Source of the DNA: Octopus sinensis
Lineage: Eukaryota
Direction: 5' to 3'
Length of the DNA: 64,000 nt
Assembly (NCBI RefSeq): GCF_006345805.1
Contig: NC_043005.1
Location: forward strand, 41,292,001 to 41,356,000
Both the position numbers and the translations under genes were made by a program. Below are positions 13,901 through 26,655 of this stretch, piece after piece. The notes beneath the pieces are model-generated. The model did no database searches. It had not been told where the DNA came from and saw nothing but the letters and a program-made list of their open reading frames with translations. Every line of letters starts with the position of its first letter. Positions within the stretch are counted from its first letter, which is position 1.

Positions 13901-15699
13901 TTGTTCCTTCGAAAGGATGAAAAAAACCATAGAACCAGGACTGCCTCAGGAAGTTTGTATCAGAAAGGTTAAGCACCTCCTTGGCAGGGAAATTGATTCC
14001 TAATCTCTCAAGTAATAGGAAGGGTATATGTACCCCTATGTTAGTGAGAAATGGCTGATACTTCAACATTTATGAAATGTCCCGGCAATAAAAGTTTCAA
14101 TATTCCAGACTGTTAATCTTATTTATCATGATACTGTAATAAATGATTTTTCAATTGCCCCAATCTCCAATCACTTTTATGCACTCTGTTCTTAAACATA
14201 CACACACACACATCTAAATTAGTTTTTTTAATGTAAAACCTTTGTTATAGTAACAATGTTGTTAACTACTATGCCTCAAGCCATGAAAATATTTTTGGCT
14301 TCCTTTTAATTACCATTTGCACATTTTCCAGTTTGAATGGGGTTCATTTTTTCTTTACTATGGTAATTTGCTAATGGATTGTCAGGTCATTATTTATAAT
14401 TAAAGTCTTTATTTTCTCTTATTTATAGAAAAGTTAAAGAATTGTTTTCTTACAACTATCTTTATTAAAGCTCTCTTTTACTCTTTTACTCTTTTACTTG
14501 TTTCAGTCATTTGGCTGCGGCCATGCTGGAGCACCACCTTTAGTCGAGCAAATCGACCCCAGAGCTTATTCTCTGTAAGCCTAGTACTTATTCTATCAGT
14601 CTCTTTTTGCCGAACTGCTAATCTATGGGGACGTAAACACATCAGCATCGGTTGTCAAGCAATGTTGGCAGGACAAACAGACATGCAAACACATGCATGC
14701 ACATACATATATATACATACGTATATATATGTATGTGCATGCATATGTATATCTACCATCCTTATTAATACTAATAATTAAATATATCTAACGTTGCAAG
14801 AATCGTTAGCACACTGGGCAAAATGCATAGTGGCATTTCATCCATCTTCATGTTCTGAGTTCAAATTTCTCCAAAGTCAGCTTTGCCTTTCATCCTTATG
14901 GAGTCGATAAAATAAGTTCCTGTTGAATACTGGGGTCAATATACCCCACCCCTAAAATTACTGGCCTTGTACCAAAATTTGAAACGAATAATTAGATGTT
15001 TCTAATTCAGGCACAAGACCAGCAGTTTGGTGAAGAAAGTGTTTAATCTATATCGTTAGCACAAGTATTTGACTTCTTTTCATTTTATTGACCACTGAAG
15101 AATGAAAGACAAAGTTGATCTTCATGAAATATGACCTGAAACATGTGATACAATTTGTTTCTTCAGGTGCTCTCGCGATCGTACCAGTCTACCATTCTTG
15201 TTTCAGACAATTTACAAGAGCAGAACAACGACGTTGTTGTAACAAAATCATGTTAACAAATAAACTGTAACGATCGTTATTTGTTACCATTCTTCAGAGT
15301 AGTGAATAATGTTAAGCACCAAAAAAAAAAAAATGTTGCTGTGCATTGACAACTGTTCTACTACTGTGTAGATGTAGTGAAACATTTTAAAATTTTATAG
15401 AATACAAAATCAGCATGAAAATGCCTATACAGAGAAGTAAACAAAATGGTACAGATACATGTTAAGCAATAGTTGACATTGACTCTATTGTAATGTAATT
15501 GTTTCAGTTACACAGATATCAGATGATAGAGTCACTGGCCAAACAAGTAAAATTCTAAAAGATGAATAGATAAATAAAATCTGCTATAAACAAAAAAACA
15601 AAACAATGAAAGAATGGAGAATGTTGGCCTCATATACGAAAGATACTAATGTCTTGCAAGCAGATTTGTTGAATCCATAGCAACAAACATTTGAAATAC

Positions 15700-15850
15700 A
15701 TTATATTATTATTATTATTATTATTATTGTTATTATTATTTTTATTATTATCATTATTATTGTTGTTGTTATTATTGTCATTATTATCATTATTGTTGTT
15801 GTTGTTGTTGTTGTTATTATCATTATTGTTGTTGTTATTATTATTATTCA
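15700..15850. repeat. (TTA/TTG)n trinucleotide tract; (ATC)n(ATT)n at 16233-16330; (TTA)n at 29390-29500
   Basis: Direct inspection. Confidence 0.95.
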
Positions 15851-16230
15851 GTAGTCTTATTTTTATCATGTGCTTTCACTTCGCTACCAAGCACAGTTCT
15901 GTGTGCCTTGGGTATGTGCTGTGGTTTGTTGTGATGCTCTTACTTTTACTGTATTGAAAGTGTTTTACTTAGGATGTGTGCAGTACCTTGTAGTGTTATT
16001 TTCTGTATGTTATATATACTTGTTATTCCTGGTGATTTTGTTATGTATTAGTCTGAATATTTTTTTATCATACCTAATATGCCTACTATGATAGGAATTG
16101 TTTCTGCTTTTAGATTCCACATTCAAGTTACCTCTATTTCCAGATCTTTGTATTTTGAAAGTTTCTCCGTTTCTTTTAGAGAAACATTGTCATCTGTTGG
16201 TATTGATACATCTATTAGAAATCAGCTTTT
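15851..16230 (-). mobile_element. Dong/R4-like non-LTR retrotransposon 3' end (restriction-like endonuclease remnant) ending in (TAA)n
   Basis: Minus translation LIDVSIPTDDNVSLKETEKLSKYKDLEIEV*MWNLKAETIPIIVGILG...GTAHILSKTLS*, then 3' UTR abutting (AAT/AAC)n. Confidence 0.8.
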
Positions 16231-16249
16231 TATCCTCATCATCATCATT

Positions 16250-16302
<53 letters not shown>

Positions 16303-16339
16303 TATTATTATTATTATCATTATCATCATTTTTTAACAT

Positions 16340-17770
16340 TTGATAGTTTCAGGTAAATTTCTACTGCATCATCTATTACACCTCTGTGTTGTTGGGGTGT
16401 GTGCAGGATTGTGTGTTATTTTTGTCATTGAAAGTGTGCAAGCTCTTCCCAGTATTGTATTGCGTCAGTTTCTTTCTTTTTTGCGGGGGTGGGGTGGGGT
16501 GGGGGTAGGTTGAGTAATGCAATCTTTTGCTGTATTAGTATTTGTATTATGTGTTGTGTGTGTAATGTGTTGGGTATCCAGCTTGCTGGTGGTAGTTTAT
16601 TTCATTGGATATTTGCTGTATAGATTGTGTCTTGTGTTTGTGGATTGTTTTGTTTAGATGGTATTATAATATTTTTGGATAGTGTGTAGTGTTGAGGATC
16701 CAGCTGTAGCTTCTACATTTTTATCATACTCACTGCTCCAATTATTACTGGTATTGTGTTCAACTTCATGCCTCTTTTCTTGAATACTTCAGTTTTGAAG
16801 TCTTTGTATTTTGACAGTTTCTCAACTTCTTTTTGAACAATCTTTTGGTTAGAAGGGAGTGCAATGTCTATCAGTGAGCAGGTGCTTTTATTTTACATCC
16901 TAGATTATTATGTCTGGGAAATTAGCTTTTATTCCTTTGTCGGTTTGAACAGACATTTCCCATATGATTGTGGCCTGGCTGTTGTCTTGTAACTTGTTTC
17001 GCACACATTTATAACATTTATTGTTAGTTTTTTATGCTGTAGTGCTGGCATATTGTCCAGTGGATATAACTACTTACTCGATCATGTCTGTATATATATT
17101 CAAATTTGGCAAGGAGTGGACAACCTGAGATGATGTAGTCAGCTGTCTTATTGTGCTGGTTGCATATTCTGCATTTGGTGATAGGGCTTGTTTTCATTAT
17201 TTTGCTTTTATAGTTATTTGTGGTCAGGAATTGGTCTTGTGCAGCAGGAATCAGTCTTTCTGTTTCAGTTTTTATTATAGAGCTTTTGAGCCATTGTTGG
17301 CTTTTACTTAGGGTCACTTCTTCTCTGCAGGATATTGGCCATGGAGTGATTTTTCTCTTCAATTCTTCTTTACTGTTTCCGTGTTGTGTTTTGTCTCTTT
17401 GACCATTTCTGCTATGTTGTCATTTGAGGTCAGTGTGTCACTGTAGTTTGTATCTCTTCTGTTTTTTGTCACCTCCGTGTGTACAGAGAAAAGCATTTTC
17501 TTTTTTACAATGTTATTTTATTACATGTAGTAATCTTCCACTTTTGCTTCTAAGTACTTTTCTAGTCCAACTGTTGTCATTTTATCATAGTTCTCTATCT
17601 GAATCAGGCCAAGACCTCCATCTGAGTGGGGTAGATATATTCTGTCTGCATATGCCTTGGGGTGTTGACTTCAGTGCACTGTTAATAGTTTTCTTGTTTT
17701 TCTGTCTAAGCTTCTGAATTCACTGATCTTCCAGTTTATTATGTTGTAGCTGTGATTAATGACTGGTATG
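16340..17770 (-). mobile_element. Second Dong/R4-like retrotransposon remnant (RT thumb, CCHC knuckle, RLE)
   Basis: HPKAYADRIYLP..DGGLGLIQIE; AAQDQ...CRIC...IISGCP...EYIYRHDRV..IHW; D-I-I-I and LIDIALP...KLSKYKD motifs; many stops and frameshifts. Confidence 0.82.
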
Positions 17771-17775
17771 GCTAA

Positions 17776-17988
17776 CATGTTTATCGGTTGATTCAGTCCA
17801 TGAAGAAAATCAAGCTGTCCATTACCCAGCAGAGTTCCTTAATTGTCTTGAGCCACCTGGAACTCCTCCACATAAACTTTTTCTGAAGATATGCATCTAA
17901 GAAATTTAGATCCCCCTAAATTATGCAATGGGACAAGGTTGATGGTGAAGACGTTATCACCTAATGTGATAAGATCTACCATCATGGT
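17776..17988 (+). mobile_element. Helitron PIF1-family helicase fragment
   Basis: SVDSVHEENQAVHYPAEFLNCLEPPGTPPHKLFLK / LRNLDPPKLCNGTRLMVKTLSPNVI: PIF1 signature with internal frameshift. Confidence 0.85.
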
Positions 17989-18017
17989 CAATGCATGTAT
18001 ATATATATGCACATATA

Positions 18018-18053
<36 letters not shown>

Positions 18054-18075
18054 TATATGTATGTATGTATGTATG

Positions 18076-18106
<31 letters not shown>

Positions 18107-19679
18107 TATGTATGTATGTATACTATGGGCTTCTTTTAGTTTCTGCCTACCAAATGCACTCACAAATCTTAGGTCAGCCCAAGGCTGTAGTGGAAGATAC
18201 TTGCCCAAGGTGTCACACAGTGGGACTGAACCTAGAATCCTTTCAATTTATTTTATAAGAAAATAAAGTAAAACAAAGGTAGCATTTTCTTCAGTTACAA
18301 AATTAAATTATTAATAAACACATTGTATCCTGTCAAGTTCTCCAATCCATGCCAGCATGGAAGACAGACATCTCACTCACACATATACACACACACACAC
18401 ACACATACACACACACACATACACACACACACATACACACACACTCACATGGGTGCTTTTATGCGGCACACACACACATACACACACACTCACATGGGTG
18501 CTTTTATGCGGCACACACACACATACACACACACAGGTGCTTTTATATGGAACATGCACACACATCTCATTCACACACACACCCACACATGCACTCACAC
18601 ACACACACATAAGTGCTTTTATGTGGCACATACACACACACACACACACACACATACACACGCACATGCACACACACACACATGCACTCCCTCTCTATCT
18701 CTCACACACGCACACACTATAACCATCATGCAAAAGTACCAGAAAAAGACTGGAAATTATCAAAAAAACAGATCAACAAAGCCATGGTTTATGTGGTTGA
18801 CTTCAGTAAGAATGCGATCTCTCTGAAATTTACCTAATTTCAAAAATAAAATTGGCAGACAGATTGAAATAAAGTCATCTCTGAAGAATAATAATTCAGC
18901 AAATAATTATGGCTTGAGAATCTTTTGGCATTTGTAGTTCTCATCTAAAATAATCTGTTTTCTTGGGTTTCAAATTATGCAACAATACAAAGAGTAACAG
19001 TTTTCTTTTTTTTCATTTTTTTTCTTGATGCCTTTCTGAATTAGATATTTGGTAAAATTCCAATAAAATTGTGAAGAATTTAAAATATGAACAGAAAAGG
19101 AAGAACAATTATGGGGAGCAAAAAATGTAATGCCAGTTATCTTAGAATCAATCATTGGCCTTATATCAATCGAGTAAGATATAGATGCCTTTTGAAGACC
19201 CATGGCCATTGTAGTAAAATAAAAATAAAAATTACTGCAGAGATAGATGCTGCCAATTGGGATGGCACAATAATAATTTATGTAATTACATATTGAGAGA
19301 AAAACTGGCATTGGTGAAGGATCTAAATCATTCACAGTTTAAATATGTATTTGGAAGCTGGTTCATAAGCACTTTAACTTTCCCTTTTTATTTCCTTATT
19401 TTCTTTTTAAATGTATTTGTTTTCTGTTCTTTATCTGTTGATTATTCTTAACCTCTGCCATTTACCTTTTTCTCTCTTACTTTTCATCTCACACATTCTT
19501 GTTTTCACCTTAGTGACAAAATCGTTTGGTCAGCTTATTACAAATTTCCCTCAAATCATCATCATTGTCTTCATCATCGTTGTCATCATCATTGTAATGA
19601 CAATAATCATTACTCTCATTGGCACAAGGCCAGCAATTTTTAGAATAGGGGATTAGTTGATTACATCAACTCCAGAAAC

Positions 19680-20050
19680 GTTAGCATGCCGGACGAAATG
19701 CTTAGCGGTATTTCGTCTGCCGCTACGTCTGAGTTCAAATTCTGCCGAGGTCGACTTTGCCTTTCATCCTTTCAGGGTCGATTAAATAAGTACCAGTTAC
19801 ACATTGGAGTCGATATAATCGACTTAATCCGTTTGACTGTCCTTGTTTGTCCTCTCTGTGTTTAACCCCTTGTGGGTAGTAAAGAAATAGGTATTTTGTC
19901 TGCCGCTACGTTCTGAGTTCAAATTCCGCTGAGGTTGACTTTGCCTTTCATTCTTTCGGGGTCGATGAATTAAGTACCAGTTGTGTACTGGGGTCAATTT
20001 AATCGACTGGTCCCCTCCCCAAAAGTTTCGGGCCTTGTGCCTAGAGTAGA
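19680..20050 (+). mobile_element. SINE family B, composite with internally repeated core
   Basis: Two consecutive GAGTTCAAATTC...GCCTTTCAT...AAGTACCAG cores. Further copies at about 14790-14990, 29505-29712, 42100-42320 (-), 55270-55490 (-), 61430-61640 and 62700-62920. Confidence 0.78.
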
Positions 20051-20269
20051 AAAGAATATTTCACTGGTACTTTATTTTACCAACAACAGAGGAATGAAGG
20101 CAAAGTTGACCATAGTGGAATTTGAATGCTGGATGTAAATAGCTACAAAAATATTGCAAGACACTTTTGTCCCACGACTTAATGATTATGTCAATTCACC
20201 TCATCAATGATAATAATAATCACGATGATGATGATGATGATGGTTGTGGTGGCCTTGATGCTGTATCAG

Positions 20270-20820
20270 GCAGTGGCTCTCATGGCTTCTGATCTTAACT
20301 GATTGGAAGTGTTCTAATTTACATTGTTTTGTCTTGGTGTAAAGGATGGGTTACAGCAAATCTTCTGCTCAATACCACAGATTTGCTAGTCTGTTGTTTG
20401 ACCTTAACCAGTTGAGCATTTCTCTTAGTGGCTGATGATATGTGCATCTCTGATCATGAGCAGCAGTAGTGGGGGAGCACCATAGCCTTGTGTTGAGAGG
20501 AATTCTTTGGGGTTTGGATAATTCACCTCTGGAAACATAGGGTGTTTCGTTCAACACCCTTAAACAACCCTTATTCAGGGACCTTTTGAGCGGGATGGCC
20601 TACTCAACCTGAAGAAAATTCTAACTGGGCCCCACATGCAAGGTCATGCGTTGTTTATCTTGATATGAGATCATCACATCATGCACATATTGTTGTGATG
20701 CATGTGCCTGGTGTACCTTTATCAGACAGGTAGTTATGATGGGTATACTGGGCTCCATATATTCTACCTCAGTGTCACTTTGATAACACACACTGCTCTC
20801 TCACTCAATGATAATAATGG
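20270..20820 (+). mobile_element. Interspersed non-coding repeat with (TAA)-type tail (LINE 3' end or SINE-like)
   Basis: Reverse-complement copy at about 39945-40430 in the window. Confidence 0.7.
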
Positions 20821-21511
20821 TTTATGATTCTGGTACAGGCAAGCAATTTTGAGTTACTGATGGATTAATTGATTCCACAACACTTGTACTCATCAAGACA
20901 CCCCATGTTGAATTGCAAAATTTTATTGTGATATTTGTGTAATAATGAAATCAAACTTGGAGTGTGTGTAATTGTGTGTGAGAGAGAGAGAGAGAAGGAG
21001 AGAGAGAGAGGGGAGGGAGATCATTGCAAACAATGAATGTAATAAGCATGAAATGAAAAAATCGTATAAACAAAAGCACGTTAAAAACTATCTTGTGCCA
21101 AATATTTAAATTTGTGAACTTAGCAAATATTTCTTTCAGTAATTTATCATAGTTGTTTACAAATAGCGAATTAAAATTTGAAATGTAAACATTAAAATAG
21201 AGAGAGAGAGAGATTTTGTCATTGCTACATGAATATTGGAAGTTGACATTGAGAAACCTTTTTAAAGAAGTGACTCATATATACAAAGCAATATTATTTA
21301 TTTTTAATAAAAGATTAAACTGATGACATTATAATGTATCCAAGGTCAAATTATCCATGCATCACAAGTATGGGAGCAATTTGCGCAGCCGTTTTCACAT
21401 GAAAATGAAACACACACACACAGGTCTATCTTATAATCGCCATGTTGGTTCGTTAGTTACTGCACACATTTTTTTTCTCTCCTTCTTTCTGTGTTTTTTT
21501 CTCTCTGTGTA

Positions 21512-21549
21512 TCTTTCTGTTGAAGAGCGTAGGCTCGAAACGTTAAAGA
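21512..21549 (+). ncRNA. Hammerhead-like motif (CUGUUGA core, extra A) in a PLE-derived repeat (about 21438-21650)
   Basis: UCUUU-CUGUUGA-A-GAGC(GUAG)GCUC-GAAA-CG-UU-AAAGA; degraded sibling at 32737-32772. Confidence 0.6.
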
Positions 21550-21653
21550 CTTGTTTTATTTATATTTCCTGAGCGCCATACTAATACAATTGTTTGTTTG
21601 TTTTCCACCTGCCTTCGTCTTTTGTCTATTTTCATAAAGCTTCCCGTTATATA

Positions 21654-21700
<47 letters not shown>

Positions 21701-21701
<1 letters not shown>

Positions 21702-22058
21702 GATTGATTGATTGATTGATTGATTGATTCTAGTTTCAGCTTATGAGCTGTGGCCATGCTGGGGCACCGCTATTTGGTGTTGCTACTTGGTTTCACTTCA
21801 TGGAGGCTTTCTAGCAACTGCTATTTGGTGCATGAGAGAGTTCGATGCAGCTGCCCTCATCTGCCCCTCCTGCCGTGAAGTTGTATATATATATTCTTTA
21901 ATTTGTTTCAGTCATTTGACTGTTGCCATGCTGGAGCACTGCCTTTAGTCAACTGCTAAGTTACAGGGATGTAAACACACCAGCATCGGTTGTCAAGCGA
22001 TGGTGGGGGACAAACACAGACACACAAACACACACACACACGCACATATAATATATAC

Positions 22059-22151
<93 letters not shown>

Positions 22152-22558
22152 TATATATATATATATATGATTGATTGATTGATTGATTGATTGATTCTAG
22201 TTTCAGCTTATGAGCTGTGGCCATGCTGGGGCACCGCTATTTGGTGTTGCTACTTGGTTTCACTTCATGGAGGCTTTCTAGCAACTGCTATTTGGTGCAT
22301 GAGAGAGTTCGATGCAGCTGCCCTCATCTGCCCCTCCTGCCGTGAAGTTGTATATATATATTCTTTAATTTGTTTCAGTCATTTGACTGTTGCCATGCTG
22401 GAGCACTGCCTTTAGTCAAACTGCTAAGTTACAGGGATGTAAACACACCAGCATCGGTTGTCAAGCGATGGTGGGGGGACAAACACAGACACACAAACAC
22501 ACACACACACGCACATATAAATATATACATACGTACATATATATACATATATATATAC

Positions 22559-22607
<49 letters not shown>

Positions 22608-22640
22608 TATATATATTATATATACATATACATACATATA
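21701..22640. repeat. Near-identical direct tandem duplication, unit about 467 bp
   Basis: 21724 and 22191 begin identical blocks; differences are mainly microsatellite length and a 1-nt indel. Confidence 0.9.
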
Positions 22641-22975
22641 TATACATGTATATACACACACACACGTTTTAATGCTTGTTTTTATGTTCAGTTATAATAA
22701 AACCAATTTCACATTAATCTAATGGGTTACTCCATACTTTTTGTAGAGTACAAATTTATTATTGTTAAGTTCAACGATAGCTTAATATACATGTGTATAA
22801 CCATGTATATAAACATTTATATGAAAGTGCCGCCCTCATCAGATTGCATAAATTTAACATAGGCGCTAAGCCACTATCTCAAAACTAGGTGTTCAGTCTT
22901 TTAGGGTTATGTAGGGTGAGACAGGCAAATAAAGCTCAGTTCTATCTTTCAAGTTAAGGTGACCAACATTGGCGT

Positions 22976-23350
22976 GGAGTGGTTGTGTGGTAAGTAGCTT
23001 GCTTACGAACCACATGGTTCTGGGTTCAGTCATACTGCATGGCACCTTGGGTAAGTGTCTTCTACTATAGCCTTGGGCCGACCAAAGCCTTGTGAGTGGA
23101 TTTGGTAGATGGAAACTGAAAGAAGGCCATCGTATATATGTATGTATGTGTGCTTGTGTTTGTCCCACCAACATTGCTTGACAACCGATGCTGGTGTGTT
23201 TACATCTCCGTTACTTAGCGGTTCAGAAAAAGAGACTGATAGAATAGGCTTACAAAGAATAAGACCTGGGGTCGATTTGCTCAACTAAAAGGTGGTGCTC
23301 CAGTATGACCACAGTCAAATGACTGAAACAAGTAAAAGAGTAAAAGAGAG
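22976..23350 (+). mobile_element. SINE family A copy
   Basis: Same head, core and tail as 5333-5792. Confidence 0.85.
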
Positions 23351-24295
23351 TAACAAAACATCGCTGGACTCTTCCTTTGAGAACAACATATGAACTGGAA
23401 ATTATTCAATCAAACAGCCTATTCATAGATTATCATATAAAATCATTGGGTATTCTTTACACATGACACAAGTCAAATAACAAAGATACAGAAGCCTTGA
23501 ATGAAAGAAAGGTTTCTCTGCAAGTTTTGTTTACCCAGTTTCACTCAAAGATTTTCAGTTGCCCTAAAATTCCACCGTGCAATCAAACCCAACATTTCAT
23601 GTTTTCAAAACAAATATTCTCCTCACTTGTCCATGCATATCTGTCAGTATCTGTCTCTATTTGTATATAAGTATATATGTGTATATCTGTCTCTATCTGT
23701 ATACAAGTATATATGTGCATATACACATCTATGTGTATGTATTTACATTCAAACATATGTACACTGTCATCTTAAAATATGGGCACCCTGGGCAGTTTTC
23801 TGAGGGAATTCCACATGCCTAAGGGCCAAATGCTAATCTATGCATATTGTGATTATGTATGTAGGGGCTTCAGTGCATTATTTTGACTGAGGGTGGGGCA
23901 ATGGGTGGCCAAGAATACTGTTAACATACCCCGTATACGTATAGATTTACACAGATGCCCCTTTGTTTCATTTCCTTAATCTCTCACTTTCCCTCTATAC
24001 ACACACAAGACAGGCACAAAGTCACAAAGATTGCTTCCCAACCACATGATTTCAGCTTCTATCTTACTGCATGACACATTGAACAAAGGTCTTCCACTTC
24101 CACTATAGCACAGGGCCAACCAAATCCTTGTGAGTGGAAAAGAAGCCTGCTTTATGTATATGTATATACAACAAGAAATATTTTGTATATGCATATATAT
24201 ATATATATATATATATTTCAAAATGTGACCGCGTGTGTACTGTTGGCGATATTTTTTCCGCCGTTTTCCCTTCTTTGGATCTTTCCTTTTCCTAT

Positions 24296-24330
24296 GTTTC
24301 TAACGAAGAGCTCCGCTCAAAACGTTAAAC
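24296..24330 (+). ncRNA. Degenerate hammerhead-like motif (G5A, G12A); duplicate at 24966-25000
   Basis: GUUU-CUAACGA-A-GAGC(UCC)GCUC-AAAA-CG-UU-AAAC; sibling with CUGACGA core at 33003-33037. Confidence 0.55.
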
Positions 24331-24624
24331 CTTCCTCACGTTGTTGTGTTTTCTCTTTGTGTTTTCATTTTTGGATTAACTATATATATATACATATATA
24401 TATATATACATTGTGTATAGACTCGATATTTGGAATGACCAATTTTAAATACTGTTGGATTTTACTCATAAAGTATTGGAATCTTACATGTATAGCATTT
24501 TGCCTAAGAACGGATCTACAAATTCAATGTCCCTACACATCTCACATCTATTTTCTTTCCTCCATTTCACTCTCTATTTTGTATCCTACCTAAATTAACT
24601 ATTACTTAACTATTCTCTCACACC

Positions 24625-24672
24625 GTCTCCGATGAAGGGATATAATAAATATACTTGAAACAGCTGTAAGAC
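24625..24672 (+). ncRNA. Minimal type I hammerhead motif with palindromic CAGCUG stem III; duplicate at 25296-25343
   Basis: GUCU-CCGAUGA-AGGGAUAU(AAUAA)AUAUACUU-GAAA-CAGCUG-UA-AGAC; one core deviation (U4C); follows a PLE-like VLESY.Y..LP...SLHI coding remnant. Confidence 0.7.
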
Positions 24673-25512
24673 CTTCTATCTATAAATATTCTAAAATCTA
24701 CTCAGCCTTGGTTTTTTATCTCATTATGCAAAAAAAAATATATATATATATATATGCATGTATAAATGTGTGTGTGTGCCTGTGCATGTGCGCATGTGTA
24801 TGTGTGTATGTATGATTGTGTGTGTGTACATGCATGTGTGTGTATGTGTGTATATATATATATATATTATATATATATATATATATTTCAAAATGTGACC
24901 ACGTGTGTACTGTTGGCGATATTTTTTCCGCCGTTTTCCCTTCTTTGGATCTTTCCTTTTCCTATGTTTCTAACGAAGAGCTCCGCTCAAAACGTTAAAC
25001 CTTCCTCACGTTGTTGTGTTTTCTCTTTGTGTTTTCATTTTTGGATTAACTATATATATATACATATATATATATATACATTGTGTATAGACTCGATATT
25101 TGGAATGACCAATTTTAAATACTGTTGGATTTTACTCATAAAGTATTGGAATCTTACATGTATAGCATTTTGCCTAAGAAACGGATCTACAAATTCAATG
25201 TCCCTACACATCTCACATCTATTTTCTTTCCTCCATTTCACTCTCTATTTTGTATCCTACCTAAATTAACTATTACTTAACTATTCTCTCACACCGTCTC
25301 CGATGAAGGGATATAATAAATATACTTGAAACAGCTGTAAGACCTTCTATCTATAAATATTCTAAAATCTACTCAGCCTTGGTTTTTTATCTCATTATGC
25401 AAAAAAAAATATATATATATATATATGCATGTATAAATGTGTGTGTGTGCCTGTGCATGTGCGCATGTGTATGTGTGTATGTATGATTGTGTGTGTGTAC
25501 ATGCATGTGTGT

Positions 25513-25546
<34 letters not shown>

Positions 25547-26355
25547 ATAATATGAAGCTTTCTAAATATTCTGTGCTAGTCTTTCTTTTTCATTCTGTTT
25601 ACATGTGATGTTAATTTTATTGTTTCTCCCCTAAAGTCTCTGGCTTCATTCCAGCATATGAAAAAATTTAATTGTTGAAAATCGTTTTCTTTTAAAATTA
25701 TTATCATTGTCAACAACATCATTTTCATAACCATCCTTTTACTTTCTTTTGTGGGTGGGTGAGTAGGGGAGGGGTGAAGTATTCATCTACATTTTTACTC
25801 TTAAGAAAAACGATTTTCATATACTCTCTATAGATGTATACATACATAATACATATATATATATATTTTTTGCATATACATATACACATATGTGTATGTG
25901 CCTCTCTGTGTGAGCACGCGCGCACACACACACATACATACACACACACATACATACACACACACATATATATTTATAGTAAAATAGTTATAACATTAGG
26001 TTTTCTAAGATTTTGTTTCATCTTTTGTATTGTCTTTGCTTTGGCGCCTTTGTAGCAAATATAGGAATTATTATTTCACATAAAAATTTCCAGTTGAGAG
26101 ATTCAACATTATATTTTGTTTTTTGATAAGGATTTCTTACATAAACAAAGAAAAATCTGAGAAGCAGAGGGAAAAGGAAAAAAAAATACGGGGTAGTCAT
26201 AATGTTCATGCCTTTCATAGGGTTTTTTTGTTGTTGTTGTAATATAACAGCAAATAAAAACCAAACAGCAAGATTAATTTAAGAATGTACTGTTCTACTG
26301 TTTGCATTATAATAAAACAATGAAACTCACATGAAAAAAACTATGACAGCCATAC

Positions 26356-26655
26356 CTTTTTCATCTTCAGTGTCTTTCTCCACAGAGTCGAAAATATTCC
26401 ATCAGTCCAGTCATTTGTGGCGACATCAAGGCGACCAAACATTTGTGGTGCCGTTATAGCTTTTGGGTTCATTCGCATCTCTTTGTGGAACATCCCACAG
26501 ACGGTCAGTGCCTTTTGCAGCACATAGATACACTTTGTCTTGCCAGCACCACTTGGTCCCAATGTCATCATTCCATGGCGCACTTTCTGTGTTTCATAGA
26601 GTTGTATCAGTTTTAGCACCCATGCAGAGTGGGCAATCAGACCAGCTTCTGTTAC
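26356..26655 (-). CDS. DNAH5: Dynein heavy chain exon 9: AAA2 P-loop VTEAGLI...GPSGAGKT...WRKTLKMKK
   Basis: 300 nt, phase 0-0; GPSGAGKT and [16 protein letters not shown] motifs; canonical AG/GT. Confidence 0.97.

Larger units (their letters stand above)
24196..25544. repeat. Near-identical direct tandem duplication, unit about 670 bp, each unit with two PLE 3' ends
   Basis: 24217 aligns to 24887; one substitution and one indel noted outside the microsatellites; junctions lie in (AT)n. Confidence 0.92.

Noticed and set aside
15630-16343. Poly-N, poly-L, poly-I and poly-S ORFs (also 29372-29608)
   Set aside because: Trinucleotide microsatellites at retrotransposon ends
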